A stretch of DNA of 32,000 nt from positions 240,001 through 272,000 of the forward strand of contig NC_005072.1 in the NCBI RefSeq assembly GCF_000011465.1. The letters are read 5' to 3'. Shown here piece by piece: positions 29,602 through 32,000 of the stretch. The translations under genes and the position numbers were made by a program. Numbering within the stretch: the first letter of the stretch is position 1; every line of letters begins with the position of its first letter. The DNA comes from Prochlorococcus marinus subsp. pastoris str. CCMP1986 (lineage in GTDB: Bacteria > Cyanobacteriota > Cyanobacteriia > PCC-6307 > Cyanobiaceae). The notes below the pieces were generated by a model that was given only the letters and a program-made list of their open reading frames with translations, did not search any database and was not told the origin of the DNA.

Positions 29602-31125
29602 TCAATTAACCCAAGATCCATGAAGGCCATGTGGAATCGAAATAGGTAATTCATAAACAGCTAATTCTTTTAAGTCATTTGCGTCTAAGATCACTAAATC
29701 GCTTCCTCTTCTTTCTCCGTTCCATAGAAGTATAAATAAAAATCCCTCATCTTCTTTTGAAGAGTTTTCTGATGGAACCATAATTGGTTCACTAACGAAT
29801 CCACTTGGACCTGCTGACCAAGAAATCTCTTCCTTAGAAGTTAAATTTATTTTTTTTATTGCTTGAAGTGGAGCGTTCCCAAGTTTTTGAGATGTGCTTG
29901 CCATCCAACTAAAAGTTGCTGTTAGTCCTAAGTTTTTAGGATTAACAACAGCAAATTCACAACATTGTTCACTTAAAGTTTCAAGTTCACAAGTTTTTTT
30001 CTTTAGATCGATAAATGATCTTTTCAGTTTTCCTTCTGGATATTTATCAAAGTCAATATCCCTAAAATTCTCGTCTGGACCAACTGATGGAAAATCATCA
30101 TAAAAAATACTATCTAATACGATTTTGGAATCTTTTTCAAATGCATTTACATGATGAAAAACGAATCCTTCTGGAGCATCTATTGTTAACGGTGGCTGAC
30201 CTCTAAATAATCCACTTTCTCTGGGGATGATAAAAAACTTTGCCTTTTTATTTGGGTTTGACTTTAGACATTGTGCTGCTCCTCTTTGACCCATTACAAA
30301 TGGAAGAGGATTGAAATCAATAGCATTCTGCAAAAATATTGCCCAATTAGTTGTAATTGCGAAATCATGAAGGAATGCAAAGCCATTAAAGGTATCTTTT
30401 CTGTCGAAAATGAGCTCTCCAGAATTTAAACCAGTATTATTAAATTCCATTAATCTAATGGTACTTTTTGGCCCGGTTTGTACTCCAAACGTGACTAAAA
30501 GTTCTGAAGATGCTTTTGAGTTTAGGTCTTTTTTTGGATGTGCACTGAATGCTTCGTTAGGCTTGAGTACCCCTTTTAATGTTGTTAAACCAATAGTGTC
30601 CAGACTATCAGGATCTATTGCATGTGGACCGGCTGCTTCCCATAATGCAAGAATTTCATCTCCTAATTTAACGACATGAGTATTAGCGATATTCTTGAAT
30701 TTTAGATCTAATGCATTATTTAAAATTCCTCCATTTTTTTGTGTACCAAAAACACCTCTATAAATAAATTTATTTATTTTTTCTTCCTCCAAATAGCCTT
30801 TAGTTTTAACAAATCTATTTGTTAAGAACGGCTGACCATTTTCGAATTTTATGGATGTTATCATTCCATCTCCATCAAATGGATGATGAACCCATTGTCC
30901 ACCTCTCTCTAATATTCCTGGTCCATTTCTTAATAATGTTCCATTTAAATTATTAATATTATTACCTTTGCTGATTTTTAGAGGCTCATTGGTAAGCTCC
31001 TTTTCTACATTTTGATACGCACTTGACCAATCTTCTTTATTAAAACTTTTAGGTTTATCAATTTTTTTATCTTGTAAATTAGTCACAACAAAATAATAAC
31101 TTTGTCTATCTTCGCCAAAAATCAA
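29602..31125 (-). CDS. Carotenoid oxygenase (RPE65/CCD family)
   Basis: LNGTLLRNGPGILERGGQWVHHPFDGDGMI, the His region FLHDFAITTNWAIFLQNAID, EGFVFHHVNAFE, and C-terminal IPHGLHGSWVN. Confidence 0.93.
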   Translation of the reverse strand: MIFGEDRQSYYFVVTNLQDKKIDKPKSFNKEDWSSAYQNVEKELTNEPLKISKGNNINNLNGTLLRNGPGILERGGQWVHHPFDGDGMITSIKFENGQPFLTNRFVKTKGYLEEEKINKFIYRGVFGTQKNGGILNNALDLKFKNIANTHVVKLGDEILALWEAAGPHAIDPDSLDTIGLTTLKGVLKPNEAFSAHPKKDLNSKASSELLVTFGVQTGPKSTIRLMEFNNTGLNSGELIFDRKDTFNGFAFLHDFAITTNWAIFLQNAIDFNPLPFVMGQRGAAQCLKSNPNKKAKFFIIPRESGLFRGQPPLTIDAPEGFVFHHVNAFEKDSKIVLDSIFYDDFPSVGPDENFRDIDFDKYPEGKLKRSFIDLKKKTCELETLSEQCCEFAVVNPKNLGLTATFSWMASTSQKLGNAPLQAIKKINLTSKEEISWSAGPSGFVSEPIMVPSENSSKEDEGFLFILLWNGERRGSDLVILDANDLKELAVYELPISIPHGLHGSWVN

Positions 31126-31158
31126 CTGAATTGTGGCTGATTCGAAAAAATTCCTATT

Positions 31159-31764
31159 TTATTGATTTTCAAGCATTCCTTTACTGCTTGGAATTGAATC
31201 AGATCTTCTTAGATCTATTTCGGTAGCCATTCTCATTGCTCGTGAAAAAGCTTTAAAGCAAGCCTCAACTATATGATGTGAATTGCTACCTCTTATTTGA
31301 TTAATATGCAGAGTAATACCACTGTTATTTACAAAGGCGATAAAAAACTCTTTTACTAGTTCAGTATCATAATTGCCAATTCTAGGAGCTTTTAATTGAA
31401 GATCATAAGATAGATGTGGTCTGCCGGAACAGTCCAAAGTAACTTGAACTAATGCTTCATCTAATGGGGCAAAGAAATGTCCAAATCTACTGATTCCTTT
31501 TCTTTCTCCCAAGGCTTTTGAAAATGCTTTGCCTAACGCGATTCCTACATCTTCATTTGTATGATGATCATCAATATGGGTATCTCCAATTGCTTTTATT
31601 TTTAAATCGAATAAACCATGACTGGATATTTGATGAAGCATATGATCTAAGAAAGGTATCCCGGTTTCAATTTCGGAAATCCCATTCCCATCTAAGTTTA
31701 TAAATACAGAAATATCTGTTTCATTCGTTTTTCTTTTTATTTCAGATTGCCTTAGAGATGACAT
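31159..31764 (-). CDS. hisB: Imidazoleglycerol-phosphate dehydratase
   Basis: [66 protein letters not shown]. Confidence 0.97.
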   Translation of the reverse strand: MSSLRQSEIKRKTNETDISVFINLDGNGISEIETGIPFLDHMLHQISSHGLFDLKIKAIGDTHIDDHHTNEDVGIALGKAFSKALGERKGISRFGHFFAPLDEALVQVTLDCSGRPHLSYDLQLKAPRIGNYDTELVKEFFIAFVNNSGITLHINQIRGSNSHHIVEACFKAFSRAMRMATEIDLRRSDSIPSSKGMLENQ

Positions 31765-31784
31765 TTTTATGCAAAAAATTTAGT

Positions 31785-32000
31785 TTACATTCCATTAATG
31801 CAGTAACCCGCATCAACATAAATTGTTTGGCCTGAAATGCCGCTAGAGAGATCACTTAATAAAAAAGCAGCAGTATTACCTACTTCCGTTTGAGTGACTG
31901 TTCTGCGTAAAGGAGCCTTTTCTTCAACATTGTGAATCATATCTAAAATGCCACCTATAGCAGAACTAGCAAGTGTTCTTATAGGTCCAGCACTTATTGC
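31785..32000 (-). CDS. fabI: Enoyl-[acyl-carrier-protein] reductase (NADH), C-terminal part, truncated by the right window edge
   Basis: Reverse-strand translation gives ...GPILASSAIGGILDMIHNVEEKAPLRRTVTQTEVGNTAAFLLSDLSSGISGQTIYVDAGYCINGM*, with the FabI C-terminal signature. Confidence 0.9.
   Translation of the reverse strand, partial: AISAGPIRTLASSAIGGILDMIHNVEEKAPLRRTVTQTEVGNTAAFLLSDLSSGISGQTIYVDAGYCINGM

Noticed and set aside
29894-30679. Plus-strand ORFs 29894..30103 and 30410..30679
   Set aside because: Antisense to the carotenoid oxygenase CDS; no supporting features.
1-32000. Search for CRISPR arrays, IS elements, phage genes, attachment sites near the two tRNAs and toxin-antitoxin pairs
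   Set aside because: No direct repeat arrays, transposase or integrase motifs, or tRNA 3'-end duplications seen by eye. The flanks of both tRNAs are ordinary core genes.

Overview
This 32 kb window looks like ordinary core genome of a high-light Prochlorococcus or close marine picocyanobacterium: AT-rich, very compact, with psbH/psbN/psbI/psbK, DUF3146, DUF3155, DUF3181 and LptD/DUF3769-like genes. I found no phage, transposon, CRISPR, toxin-antitoxin or defence island, and no clear undescribed multigene system. The content is about 30 CDSs of housekeeping, photosynthesis and amino-acid/nucleotide metabolism. These include pth, leuCD, cinA, glyA, murJ, sfsA, amt, ispH, purH, cobS, tgt, pyrE, ygfZ-like, a TM0106-type nuclease, phosphoglucomutase, rdgB, a carotenoid oxygenase, hisB and the fabI C-terminus. 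There are also two tRNAs and three tiny photosystem genes absent from the supplied ORF track. The best second-look items are: (1) the amt leader, with tandem NtcA-like sites and a terminator-like hairpin just before the start codon; (2) a divergent 223-bp intergenic region with hairpins and a mini-ORF, a candidate ncRNA or leader; (3) a Fe-S RecB-like/DEDD two-nuclease fusion whose N-terminal nuclease motif looks degenerate; (4) all nine convergent gene junctions being 14 bp apart or less, or overlapping; (5) an orphan soluble histidine kinase.
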